DNA of 64,000 bases, from the NCBI GenBank assembly GCA_046596135.1, contig JBKJMX010000083.1, positions 66,222 through 130,221 of the forward strand, written 5' to 3'. The stretch comes from Gemmatimonadales bacterium (GTDB lineage Bacteria > Gemmatimonadota > Gemmatimonadetes > Gemmatimonadales > GWC2-71-9). Shown here piece by piece: positions 47,003-55,617 of the stretch. The position numbers and the translations under genes were made by a program. The notes under the pieces were generated by a model. The model saw only the letters and a list, made by a program, of their open reading frames with translations. It ran no database searches and was not told the DNA's origin. Every line of letters begins with the position of its first letter. The stretch's first letter is position 1.

Positions 47003-47604
47003 AGGTCCACGTTGCTTGCCTGCGTGACATGTACATCGACCAGCGCGTTCATCAGCCCGACCCGTTCACGCCAAAGTTCAACCTGACGCTGGAGTCGTTC
47101 CCGGTGTTCGAGCCGCGCTGCATCCTGCAATCGACCGTCGACCTCCGCGATCCGGTCCTCGATCACCACGACCAGGCGGGCCGTCCTGCCATCGACCACG
47201 CGCTGCGCCGGGTCCCAGGCATGGAGCGTGGCCTCAAGCTGCTGCGACGCGTCGATCGCAGTCTGGAGCTGCTGCTCGGCGTCGAGCCTCGGCGGATTGA
47301 GCAAGTCGTGGCCGACGACACTCAGGAGCAGCGCCGCCGCTGCTGCGGTGAACACTCCAGACACCATTCGGACCCGCCGCTGCCGGCGGTCCCACTGCCA
47401 TCGGGCGCGCACGGCGGGAAAGTGGTTGCGTGCCGGCGACATCGTCGGCAATGCGCGCATCCGTGCAGTGCGCTGATGCAGGCGATCGAGCTCACCCCGA
47501 CATGCTTCGCAGGTGGCGACATGGCCGTGGGCACCGGCAAGTTCGGGTTCACTGCGATCGTCGTCGCGAACGGCGAGAAGCTGCTCCATGGTGAGGTGGT
47601 TCAT
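46999..47604 (-). CDS. Anti-sigma factor (zf-HC2 type)
   Basis: HVATCEACRGEL (HxxxCxxC); one TM (VFTAAAAALLLSVVG); ATGA overlap with the sigma stop. Confidence 0.75.
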   Translation of the reverse strand: MNHLTMEQLLAVRDDDRSEPELAGAHGHVATCEACRGELDRLHQRTARMRALPTMSPARNHFPAVRARWQWDRRQRRVRMVSGVFTAAAAALLLSVVGHDLLNPPRLDAEQQLQTAIDASQQLEATLHAWDPAQRVVDGRTARLVVVIEDRIAEVDGRLQDAARLEHRERLQRQVELWRERVGLMNALVDVHVTQASNVDL

Positions 47605-48158
47605 GCGATCACCGCCTCTTCGCCGAGCCAGCCGCGCAGCCGCTGGTGCGCGCGCGCGAGCTGCGATTTCGAGAAGCTTGCCGTGCGACCCATCTGGTTA
47701 CCGATCTCTTCGTGCGTGTACCCTTCGACGTCGTGCAGCCAGACCACGGCGCGGGCGGTATCGGAGAGCCGGTCCAGCGCCGCCTCGAGGTCCATGCGGA
47801 GCGCCGTACTCGCGCCCCGGGCCGGAGCGAGCTCGTCGTTCAGCTCGTCGGTGGCGCGGTACTTGTTGCGGCGCAGGCGCATCAGCGCCTTGCTGGAGGC
47901 CACGCTACGGATCCATCCCCAGATTGACCCATCACCCCGATACGTCCTGATGCTCCGGCACACTTCGAAGAACGTCTCCTGCACCACGTCTTCGGCGTCC
48001 TCGGTGGTGCGGCAGATCCGGCGGGCAAGGTTGTAGACCCCGGTTGAATAGGCGCGATACAGCGCCTCGAGGGCCAGGGGGTCGCCGAGCCTTGCTCGGG
48101 CAACCACCGCGTCGGCTTCGGTCGGGGACAGGACGTCCATAGTGAGCACTCTTGTCAT
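47601..48158 (-). CDS. ECF sigma factor
   Basis: Start ATG 48158 (alternative 48140); region 2 EDAEDVVQETFFEVCRSIRTYRG; region 4 ..VVWLHDVEGYTHEEIGNQMGRTASFSKSQL. Confidence 0.85.
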   Translation of the reverse strand: MTRVLTMDVLSPTEADAVVARARLGDPLALEALYRAYSTGVYNLARRICRTTEDAEDVVQETFFEVCRSIRTYRGDGSIWGWIRSVASSKALMRLRRNKYRATDELNDELAPARGASTALRMDLEAALDRLSDTARAVVWLHDVEGYTHEEIGNQMGRTASFSKSQLARAHQRLRGWLGEEAVIA

Positions 48159-48299
48159 GGCAACCCGAAAGATGCGGGCATGGGGCGGATGGTCGCAGAG
48201 GACCGCTTCCGGACGCCACCGGAACGGGCCATGTTTCAGATGGATACGACGTGCCCGTCCGGCGTTTCCCGGTATCTTTGACTCTTCACCCACAGCGAG

Positions 48300-48818
48300 A
48301 TGCCGATGTTGCCTGCCCACGTCCAAGCAGCCCTCAACGACCAGATCAACCTCGAGCTGGCCTCCTCATACGCGTACCTCGCCATGGCCGCACATTTCGA
48401 GGTGTCGGCGCTCCCCGGCATGGCGAACTGGATGCGGATGCAGAGCGAGGAGGAGCGGGTGCACGCGATGCGGCTCTTCGATCACATGATTGATCGCGGC
48501 GGCAAGGTTGTGCTGCAGCCGATCGAACAGCCGATGCTCGAGTTCGATTCCCCGCTTTCAGTGTTCGAGGCGGCACTCGGCCACGAACAGACGGTGACCG
48601 AGGCGATCAACTCGCTGTACCGTCTCGCCGAAGACGCCAACGACTATGCGTCGCAGGTGATGCTGCAGTGGTTCATCAACGAGCAGGTGGAAGAAGAAAA
48701 GAACGCGCAGACCGCGATCGAGCAGCTCCGGATGGCGGGCTCCGACGCGTCGGCGCTGCTGATGCTCGACCAGATGTTCGGATCGCGCGCAGCTGAACCC
48801 GCGCAGCGGAGGGCATAG
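48300..48818 (+). CDS. ftn: Non-heme ferritin
   Basis: LNDQINLELASSYAYLAMAAHF, EEERVHAMRLFDH, NEQVEEE: ferroxidase-centre pattern. Confidence 0.85.
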   Translation: MPMLPAHVQAALNDQINLELASSYAYLAMAAHFEVSALPGMANWMRMQSEEERVHAMRLFDHMIDRGGKVVLQPIEQPMLEFDSPLSVFEAALGHEQTVTEAINSLYRLAEDANDYASQVMLQWFINEQVEEEKNAQTAIEQLRMAGSDASALLMLDQMFGSRAAEPAQRRA

Positions 48819-48819
48819 G

Positions 48820-49413
48820 ATGGCCAAGTGGATCCTGGGCGGCCTGCTGGTGCTGGCCGTGGTGCTGGGCGGGACCTGCTGGTACGGCTACAAGCAGGTG
48901 ACCGCTGGCGGCGACACCGCAGAGGTGGTGATGGCGTCGACGCAGGAGCGGGTCTTCGCATCGCTGGTGAACACCGACTCGATGGCGGCGTGGATGGAGA
49001 CCACCAACATCTCGCCCCTGGGTCGCGACCTGGTGCCCGGTGACACCCTGCGCGTCCGTGGCACGATGCGCGTGCGCGGGCAGATTGGCACAAAGGTCGA
49101 TGGCGCGGCGGACATGCAGTGGGTGATCCGCGACATCCAGGCGCCGTCGCTGATCGTCATGGAAATGGTCGACGACAGCCTCGGGCGCGCCGTCATGAGC
49201 CGGCGCGACGAGATCAGCATGCGCAACGACTCGGTGGTCGTGCGCAGCATCTTCTCGTCGGAGCTGATGGACTCGGTGCGCACCGCTGAGGCCGACAGCA
49301 GCAAGATGGCAGGGAGCGTGCTCGGGGGCGTGCACAAGCTGATGGTCGGCGGGGCACGCATGATGACCCAGTCCCAGCTCGAGCGGCTCAAGGCGCGGGT
49401 CGAGACGCCCTAA
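48820..49413 (+). CDS. Membrane-anchored hypothetical protein (SRPBCC-like)
   Basis: N-terminal TM MAKWILGGLLVLAVVLGG; no firm motif. Confidence 0.55.
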   Translation: MAKWILGGLLVLAVVLGGTCWYGYKQVTAGGDTAEVVMASTQERVFASLVNTDSMAAWMETTNISPLGRDLVPGDTLRVRGTMRVRGQIGTKVDGAADMQWVIRDIQAPSLIVMEMVDDSLGRAVMSRRDEISMRNDSVVVRSIFSSELMDSVRTAEADSSKMAGSVLGGVHKLMVGGARMMTQSQLERLKARVETP

Positions 49414-49742
49414 AAGAGTCGCCCGCCGAGCGGTGTCTCGCGGTCCGGCGCAACCAGTACCACCGCCCCATTCTCATCGGGCACGCCGAGTACCAGCACC
49501 TCGCTCTTCACGCCGGCGACACGGCGCGGGGGGAAGTTGACCACCGCGAGGACCCGGCGTCCTCGCAGCGTTTCCGGAGTGTAGTGCACGGTGAGCTGGG
49601 CGCTCGAGGTACGGGTGCCCAGTTCGGGACCGAAGTCGATCGTCAACACGAATGCCGGCTTGTGTGCCGTTGCATTGGGCTCCGCGGCGATGACCTCGCC
49701 CACCCGAATGTCAACGGCGTCCCACTCCTCAATCGTGATCAT
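49410..49742 (-). CDS. csaA: tRNA-binding protein CsaA (EMAP/OB domain)
   Basis: 110 aa; DIRVGEVIAAEP..K.. ..IDFG..G.R.S.AQ..Y.PE.L.GR.V..V.NF pattern; ATGA overlap with the leuS stop. Confidence 0.8.
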   Translation of the reverse strand: MITIEEWDAVDIRVGEVIAAEPNATAHKPAFVLTIDFGPELGTRTSSAQLTVHYTPETLRGRRVLAVVNFPPRRVAGVKSEVLVLGVPDENGAVVLVAPDRETPLGGRLF

Positions 49743-52183
49743 GTCACCACGAACGATAGCATGCGACCGGGAACCCAGATCACCTTCCGGATCTCCCGGT
49801 CGGCAAGGTGGCGGGCAACTGATGCGTCGGCCATTGCCGCATTGCGCGCGTCATCCTCCGATGCACCCCGGGCGAGCGTGACAGTGGCGCGCGTGCGCCC
49901 GTTGACCTGTACTGCCACGGTCACCATATCGTCCACCGTCAGCGCCTCATCCCAGGTCGGCCATCGCGCGTCGAACACCGACGACCGGTGGCCGAGCCGT
50001 TCCCAGCATTCCTCGGCGAAGTGCGGCGCGAACGGCGCGATCATCTTCACGAGGTCGGTGACGATGCCGTGCTCAGCGCAGTGTTGTTCGCGGAGGAGCC
50101 CCACCAGCTCCATCTGCGCGGCGATCGCCGTGTTGTAGTGCAGCTCCTCGATGGCCTCGGTCACCTTCTTGATCGTCTGGTTCCACTTCACCATCACGTC
50201 GCGGCGAATCTCGGCGTCGCGGCAATCAGGATCGGCGGCGGTCGTCACCAGGTCCCACACCTTGTCGAGGTAGCGCCGCGGTCCGCTGATACCGGCGTCG
50301 CGGAAATCACCGCCCTCCTGAAATGGACCGAGGAACATCAGGTATGTGCGGAAGGTGTCGGCTCCCCACTTCGTGATGTAGTCGTCGGGATTCACCACGT
50401 TTCCGCGTGACTTCGACATCTTGGCGCCGTCCTTGATGATCAGACCATGCGCGCGAAACTCACGGAACGGTTCCTCGGTGCCGACCAGTCCGGCGTCATG
50501 CAGCACCATCGTGATGAACCGTGCATACAGCAGGTGGAGCACGGCGTGCTCGTTGCCGCCGATGTAGCGTGCCACAGGCATCCATCGATCGAGGCGTGCC
50601 CGATCGAATGGCCGATCGTGGATGTCGGTGCACGGGTAGCGCAGGAAGTACCACGCCGAATCGAGGAAGGTATCGGAGACATCGGTCTCGCGGCGTGCCT
50701 TGCGCCCGCAGGTCGGGCAGTCGACGAAGTACCATTCGGCGTGACGAGCCAGAGGCGACACGCCCGAGTCGTCGGGACGGAAGTCCTCGATCCGCGGGAG
50801 CACTACCGGGAGCTGGTCTTCGGGCACGGGGACCGCCCCACAATCATCGCAATGGATAATCGGGATCGGTGGACCCCAGTAGCGCTGGCGGGAGATGCAC
50901 CAGTCGTAGAGTCGGAACTGCACCTTCGCTTCGGCGGCGCCCTCACCTTCCAGCCACGCGGTGATCGCCTGCTTCGCGTCATCGGCGGGCATGCCGTCGA
51001 ACTGCCCCGAGTTGACGATGCGCGCACTGCCGAGGTCGGTGAACGCCTCGGTGAGCGGTGCCGGTTCGGCCTCGCCGATGGGAGCCACCACCCGGACGAT
51101 CGGAAGGCCGTGGGTGGTGGCAAACGCGAAGTCCCGTTCGTCGTGACCGGGCACCGCCATGATCGCGCCGGTGCCGTACTCCATGAGGACATAGTCGGCG
51201 ATCCACACCGGAACAGGCTCACCCGTTGCCGGATTGATGGCCATACCGCCGGTCGCGACGCCGGTCTTCTCGCGGTCACCGATGCGACGCGCCGTGAGGT
51301 CCTTGGCACTGGCCTGGGCACGGTACGCCGCGACCGCACCCTGTTGCGCGTCGGTGGTGAGCACGTCGACAAGAGGATGCTCGGGCGCCAGAACCATGAA
51401 CGTAGCGCCGAAGATCGTGTCGGGGCGGGTCGTGTACACTGTGATGACGGCATCGCTCCCCGCCACCGCGAAGCGCAGCTCAGCGCCCTCAGAACGGCCG
51501 AGCCAGTTCTTCTGTGCGAGCGTGGTCGACGCGGACCAGTCCATCTTCTCGGAGTCGTCGAGATTCGCGAGCAGGCGAACGGCGTAGTCGGTGATTCGGA
51601 AGTACCACTGCTCCAGGACACGCTGCTCGACCGGTGATCCGCACCGCTCGCACTCACCGCCGATCACCTGTTCGTTGGAGAGCACGGTCTTGCACCCGGG
51701 ACACCAGTTGACGGCGCCATTCTTCCGGTAGGCGAGACCGCGCTTGAAGAGCTGCAGGAAGACCCACTGGGTCCACCGATAGTACTCGGGATCGGTGGTC
51801 GAGAAGGCGTGGTCCCACGCGTACATCCCGCCCATGGAGCGCAGCTGCCGGGTGAAGTTCTCGATGTTGCGCGGAATCAGGTCGGCGGGGTGCATGCCGA
51901 CCTTGAGGGCGAAGTTCTCGGAGTGAATGCCGAATGCGTCGAATCCGATGGGCTCGAAGACATCCCAGCCCTGCATGCGACGAAACCGCCCGAAGACATC
52001 GGCGCCCGTAAAGGCAAAAAGATTCCCCACGTGCAGCCCCTCGGCCGACGGGTAGGGAAACATCATGAGGTTGTAGTACGGGCGCGCCGCGTGGTCGAGG
52101 TCAGGCTCGTTGGTGCGCTCGGCAATCCAGCGGGCCTGCCACTTTGCCTCGACCTCGGACGGCGCATACTCGGATGTGGACAT
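49739..52183 (-). CDS. leuS: Leucine--tRNA ligase
   Basis: 814 aa; MFPYPSAEGLHVGN (HIGH-type), KMSKSRGN, CP1 editing domain, zinc-binding Cys clusters. Confidence 0.95.
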   Translation of the reverse strand: MSTSEYAPSEVEAKWQARWIAERTNEPDLDHAARPYYNLMMFPYPSAEGLHVGNLFAFTGADVFGRFRRMQGWDVFEPIGFDAFGIHSENFALKVGMHPADLIPRNIENFTRQLRSMGGMYAWDHAFSTTDPEYYRWTQWVFLQLFKRGLAYRKNGAVNWCPGCKTVLSNEQVIGGECERCGSPVEQRVLEQWYFRITDYAVRLLANLDDSEKMDWSASTTLAQKNWLGRSEGAELRFAVAGSDAVITVYTTRPDTIFGATFMVLAPEHPLVDVLTTDAQQGAVAAYRAQASAKDLTARRIGDREKTGVATGGMAINPATGEPVPVWIADYVLMEYGTGAIMAVPGHDERDFAFATTHGLPIVRVVAPIGEAEPAPLTEAFTDLGSARIVNSGQFDGMPADDAKQAITAWLEGEGAAEAKVQFRLYDWCISRQRYWGPPIPIIHCDDCGAVPVPEDQLPVVLPRIEDFRPDDSGVSPLARHAEWYFVDCPTCGRKARRETDVSDTFLDSAWYFLRYPCTDIHDRPFDRARLDRWMPVARYIGGNEHAVLHLLYARFITMVLHDAGLVGTEEPFREFRAHGLIIKDGAKMSKSRGNVVNPDDYITKWGADTFRTYLMFLGPFQEGGDFRDAGISGPRRYLDKVWDLVTTAADPDCRDAEIRRDVMVKWNQTIKKVTEAIEELHYNTAIAAQMELVGLLREQHCAEHGIVTDLVKMIAPFAPHFAEECWERLGHRSSVFDARWPTWDEALTVDDMVTVAVQVNGRTRATVTLARGASEDDARNAAMADASVARHLADREIRKVIWVPGRMLSFVVT

Positions 52184-52202
52184 TCACGAAGATAAATGGC
52201 CC

Positions 52203-52244
52203 GGGAAACGAAAAGAGGGGAACGGCACCTGCCGCCCCCCTCTT
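52203..52244 (-). terminator. Intrinsic terminator between the heptamer array and the leuS start
   Basis: Minus strand AAGAGGGG-GG-CGGCA-GG-TGCCG-TT-CCCCTCTT followed by TTCGTTTCC. Confidence 0.6.
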
Positions 52245-52245
52245 C

Positions 52246-52322
52246 CCGTTCTCCGTCCTCCGTTCTCCGTTCTCCGTCCTCCGTTCTCCGTCCTCCGTCC
52301 TCCGTTCTCCGTTCTCCGTCTC
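52246..52322. repeat. Heptanucleotide tandem repeat (CCGTYCT) x11
   Basis: Direct reading: ccgttct ccgtcct ccgttct ccgttct ccgtcct ccgttct ccgtcct ccgtcct ccgttct ccgttct ccgtctc; 3 nt from the TAG stop (52326-52328) of the minus-strand lipoprotein gene. Confidence 0.95.
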
Positions 52323-52325
52323 CTA

Positions 52326-53147
52326 CTACCCCCGCCGCACCGCCCGTCGCGCTGCCAGGTTGAGCGTGAAGGTCTCGCCGTTGACGGTGGCGGGAACGTT
52401 GGCCGTCCCGTTGAACGTCACGACGATGGTGCGCGTCACCGGCGGGCCGGCATCGGTCCCGGTCGGCGTGACCGTCACGACCCGCGTGACCGTGCCCGAC
52501 AGCGGCCACGGTGCCACGCCTTCGCCCCGGACCGGCATGACGACGTCGGCAATCGCGACGGTTCCGTCGAGGTCATACGAGCGGGTGACGTTGCCGTTGC
52601 CGTTGCCACTGTTGCCTGCGTGGCGAGACCCGCTCACCGACTCGGTGCCGCTGCCATTGACGGTGCGGGTCGTTTCGGTCCCGGCCAGCCCGGTGATCGT
52701 GAGCTCCCGGCTCCGATCGACCGTGCCGGACCAGTTGCCGCGGGTAACGTCGCCCTGGATTCGCACCGAAATCTGGATCGAGGCGGTGGTCTGGGCGTCA
52801 TACGCGGCCTGCGTCGCACCGAGGGCATCGAGGAAGGTGACCGTGCGAGCGAGGGTCAGGCCCTGCTGGTTGCGGGGTGGGCAGGAGAAACGGCCACCGC
52901 CGAAATTACAGCCACTCACCGTCGGGCGACCCGGGATTCCGTCGAGGAGGAGGGCGCTGCCGGTCAGGAGTCCGATCTCGCCGTCCATTCCCGCCATGAT
53001 GTCAACGTCCTCGGCGACGGCGTCGGAGGCGATCGTTGCCACGTCAAACGCCAGTGTTGTTCCGGTGCCCGGCCCGGTGACGTCGTTGTCGCTGGTACAC
53101 GCCGCGACGGCGAAAAGGGCGAGGATGAGCGGTCGTATGCGTGTCAT
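52326..53147 (-). CDS. Lipoprotein, hypothetical
   Basis: ATG 53147 gives the ideal lipobox MTRIRPLILALFAVAAC (the track start at 53189 is TTG); beta-rich, T/G/V-rich mature part. Confidence 0.6.
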   Translation of the reverse strand: MTRIRPLILALFAVAACTSDNDVTGPGTGTTLAFDVATIASDAVAEDVDIMAGMDGEIGLLTGSALLLDGIPGRPTVSGCNFGGGRFSCPPRNQQGLTLARTVTFLDALGATQAAYDAQTTASIQISVRIQGDVTRGNWSGTVDRSRELTITGLAGTETTRTVNGSGTESVSGSRHAGNSGNGNGNVTRSYDLDGTVAIADVVMPVRGEGVAPWPLSGTVTRVVTVTPTGTDAGPPVTRTIVVTFNGTANVPATVNGETFTLNLAARRAVRRG

Positions 53148-53235
53148 GAAACCAGCCTTGCTGAGGTGTCGGGTCAGGGTGCTTGCCAAGCAGGGGACGG
53201 TCCTGACCCTCAGGTGTTAACACCCCGCGGGGCAG

Positions 53236-53823
53236 TCAGGGTTCCACGCGACCGCTCACCTGACCTTGGGCGACCCCTCCAGACATGATGAACGCCATCA
53301 AGTCAGCACTGTCAACATTCACCGGGATCACCGATGCGGCGGGCACAACGATGAGATTGCCCGCGATGTTGTACGATTGCGGGAGGTAGACCGCGACATG
53401 TCCGGGGAGGCCCAATCGGGCGCCGTCGTCGGAGGTCACGAAGCCTAGGAACCAGAGGTCGAGCGAGGGGTCGGGCTGAACCCGGACCGCGCGGTTGAAG
53501 CGCTTCTTCTCCCCCACGAACGCGCCCATCAGGTCCTTGGCGGCGGTGTACAGGAGCCGGACCAGTGGCAGCCGGTCGAATACGCCATCGAGGGTCGACA
53601 TGGTCGCCCGCGCGACCACATTTCGGGTCAGGGCGCCAATGACGGTGATGAGGACCACGATCAGGACCAATCCCACGCCCGGGATGGGAAGGCCGAGCCA
53701 GGAGTCGACCCATGCCACGGCTCGCCACGCGATCCAGAGCGTGAGTGCCGCGGGAAGGGTGATTACGACCCCGCGTACGAAATACTGCGTGAACGGGATG
53801 GCGTTGCGCGATTCGGGGTTCAT
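53236..53823 (-). CDS. DUF502 family membrane protein
   Basis: ATG 53823; ..FVRGVVITLPAALTLWI.., LPIPGVGLVLIVVLITVIG, and C-terminal ..YLPQSYNIAGNLIVVP typical of DUF502. Confidence 0.75.
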   Translation of the reverse strand: MNPESRNAIPFTQYFVRGVVITLPAALTLWIAWRAVAWVDSWLGLPIPGVGLVLIVVLITVIGALTRNVVARATMSTLDGVFDRLPLVRLLYTAAKDLMGAFVGEKKRFNRAVRVQPDPSLDLWFLGFVTSDDGARLGLPGHVAVYLPQSYNIAGNLIVVPAASVIPVNVDSADLMAFIMSGGVAQGQVSGRVEP

Positions 53824-53842
53824 CGGGCCTCCGGGGCAGCGT

Positions 53843-54505
53843 TCATCCGGTGATGGTGGCAGCGTCGGACACGCTGATGCCTTCCTGCTGCCACCGATCG
53901 CAAAGCGCGGTGCCAGAAGGCGCGTCAACCGCCGCGATGGCGTCTCTTGCCACCACCAGGTCGGCATCGGGGAGCAGCCGGCGCAGGCCCGCCACGGAGG
54001 CTGCGACGCAGAAGTCGGTCGCCACGCCGTAGATCACCACGCGTTGTGGCGCGAGCACCGACAGGACTGCAGCCGCGTGCGGATTCCACTCGAAGACATC
54101 GAGCCCGGGCTTGTGGAGCAGGATGTCTCCCCGGTGATCCCCAATGGCGCGATCGATTTGCGCCGCGGGCGGCACCGGTTCGAGCAGGAGTCGGTCGCGG
54201 AGAGCCGTCTCGGTGATCTTCCGCTGACCCGGCGTGCCCCGCATGCAGTGCGGCGGAAACGTTGCTTGCCCGTTGGCGCGCTCGGCGGTCGTGATCTCGA
54301 CGTGACCGAGGTCATGGTCATCAGCGGTGGCGACGATTCGGATTCCGGACGCGTGCGCGAAATCGGTGAGGCGCTTGAGGGCGGGGATGATCTCAACGCC
54401 ACCGGGCACGGCCAGGAGCCCGTCGGCATGGATGAAATCCACCTGGGTGTCGACGTCCCAGAAGATCGTGCGTGCGTCGCGTCGCACCGGTGCTGTCGGG
54501 CTCAC
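53843..54505 (-). CDS. pncA: Nicotinamidase / isochorismatase-family hydrolase
   Basis: GTG 54505 in a GTGA overlap with the pncB-like stop; FWDVDTQVDF (Asp), catalytic Cys context GVATDFCV. Confidence 0.7.
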   Translation of the reverse strand: MSPTAPVRRDARTIFWDVDTQVDFIHADGLLAVPGGVEIIPALKRLTDFAHASGIRIVATADDHDLGHVEITTAERANGQATFPPHCMRGTPGQRKITETALRDRLLLEPVPPAAQIDRAIGDHRGDILLHKPGLDVFEWNPHAAAVLSVLAPQRVVIYGVATDFCVAASVAGLRRLLPDADLVVARDAIAAVDAPSGTALCDRWQQEGISVSDAATITG

Positions 54506-55566
54506 GTCACCAATTCCAGCCTCGAATTGTCCCGCCAGCTCCGGCCCACCTTTGCGCACGGTTTCCCCTCGACCAGCACCACATCGGCGGTGAAGTCATG
54601 GCGACCCTGGAAGAGCGACGATCCGACGCCGTAGGCATCGACGGGGACGCCCATCGTCTCGAACGCCGTGATCTTCGCGACGTCGAAGCCCCCCGACACG
54701 ACGATCCGCACGCCGGTGTGACCGGCCGCATTCAGGGCGGTGCGCACGTTGTGAACGAGTTGCGGGTTGACGCCGGTTGGCCGAGTGCGTCCCATCATCG
54801 GCAGCACCGACTTGTCGACCATCATCTCGCTGGTGTCGAGACGGACGCCGTAGAGCTGCGGGCCGATGGCGTCGGCGATCGCGAGCGACGTGCCGACGCA
54901 GTCGTTGTTGAAGTCGACCAGCGTGACCAGCCGGATGTGCGGCTCCATGTGCTCGAGGAACTTGCGCGACGCGAGCACGGTGTCGCCGCCATAGGCGGCG
55001 ATCAGGCCGTGCGGGACGGTGCCGATCCCCTCGCTCCCCCACCACGATGCCTGCGCATCGGTTGATACACCGATCGCGCCGGCAATGTGCGCCGCATAGC
55101 CATCGCCGGTCTGCACCAGCCAGTGATCGTGCCGCGCAGGGAAGAACATGATGTCCTTCGGGCGGGCGGCATCGACTACGCGACGGGTGTTGGTGCCCAC
55201 GCGGGTCCGTCGCGCCAGCACGCCGAGGTAGAGCGTCTCGAGGTGCACGAACTGTTCGTAGGGGCCCTCGATCTCGAGCACCACGTCCCACGGTTCGATC
55301 GCGTCGCCATCGTGGAGCGCGCGCACCGTGATGGCCGACCAGTCGTCGCTGCACAGCTTGAGGATGGCGATCGCCTCGTCGATCCCGCCGAGGTAGGCGG
55401 CGGTCTTGCCGAACACCTGCATGGTGACGTGGGGGGAGTGACCATCGAGGCGCAGGAGGTCCCGGGCGCGGACGAAGTATTTGTCGCTATAGTACCCGTC
55501 ACGCATCCGTTCGACGGGGAGGTGGAAGATTTCCGGGTCGAGCCGGGGGCGCCTGTCCGATGTCAT
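54502..55566 (-). CDS. pncB: Nicotinate phosphoribosyltransferase
   Basis: ATG 55566; ..GYYSDKYFVRARDLL.., ..GTVPHGLIA.., RLDTS.. NAPRT-family pattern; the upstream 161 aa of the track ORF overlap the divergent gene. Confidence 0.75.
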   Translation of the reverse strand: MTSDRRPRLDPEIFHLPVERMRDGYYSDKYFVRARDLLRLDGHSPHVTMQVFGKTAAYLGGIDEAIAILKLCSDDWSAITVRALHDGDAIEPWDVVLEIEGPYEQFVHLETLYLGVLARRTRVGTNTRRVVDAARPKDIMFFPARHDHWLVQTGDGYAAHIAGAIGVSTDAQASWWGSEGIGTVPHGLIAAYGGDTVLASRKFLEHMEPHIRLVTLVDFNNDCVGTSLAIADAIGPQLYGVRLDTSEMMVDKSVLPMMGRTRPTGVNPQLVHNVRTALNAAGHTGVRIVVSGGFDVAKITAFETMGVPVDAYGVGSSLFQGRHDFTADVVLVEGKPCAKVGRSWRDNSRLELVT

Positions 55567-55617
55567 GGCTGGGAAATCTATAGATTTCCCCATCTCCTGC
55601 CTTCCAGAGGATTCTTC

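Noticed and set aside
50447-51637. 396-aa ORF antisense to leuS, plus other long antisense ORFs (10110..11306, 12886..14232, 34593..35708, 36313..37161, 46660..48036, 61881..62873)
   Set aside because: All lie opposite confidently identified genes and have R/P/S/G-dominated composition. These are high-GC stop-codon-depletion artefacts.
52246-52322. CRISPR array
   Set aside because: The units are 7 nt with no spacers and no cas genes. This is a microsatellite-type tandem repeat, not a CRISPR.
52110-53288. Plus-strand ORFs (392 and 358 aa) whose translation contains RPPFSVL/RSPFSVL peptide repeats
   Set aside because: The peptide repeat is just the 7-nt DNA array read through all three frames (3 x 7 nt = 7 aa). 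The remainder is antisense to the lipoprotein gene.
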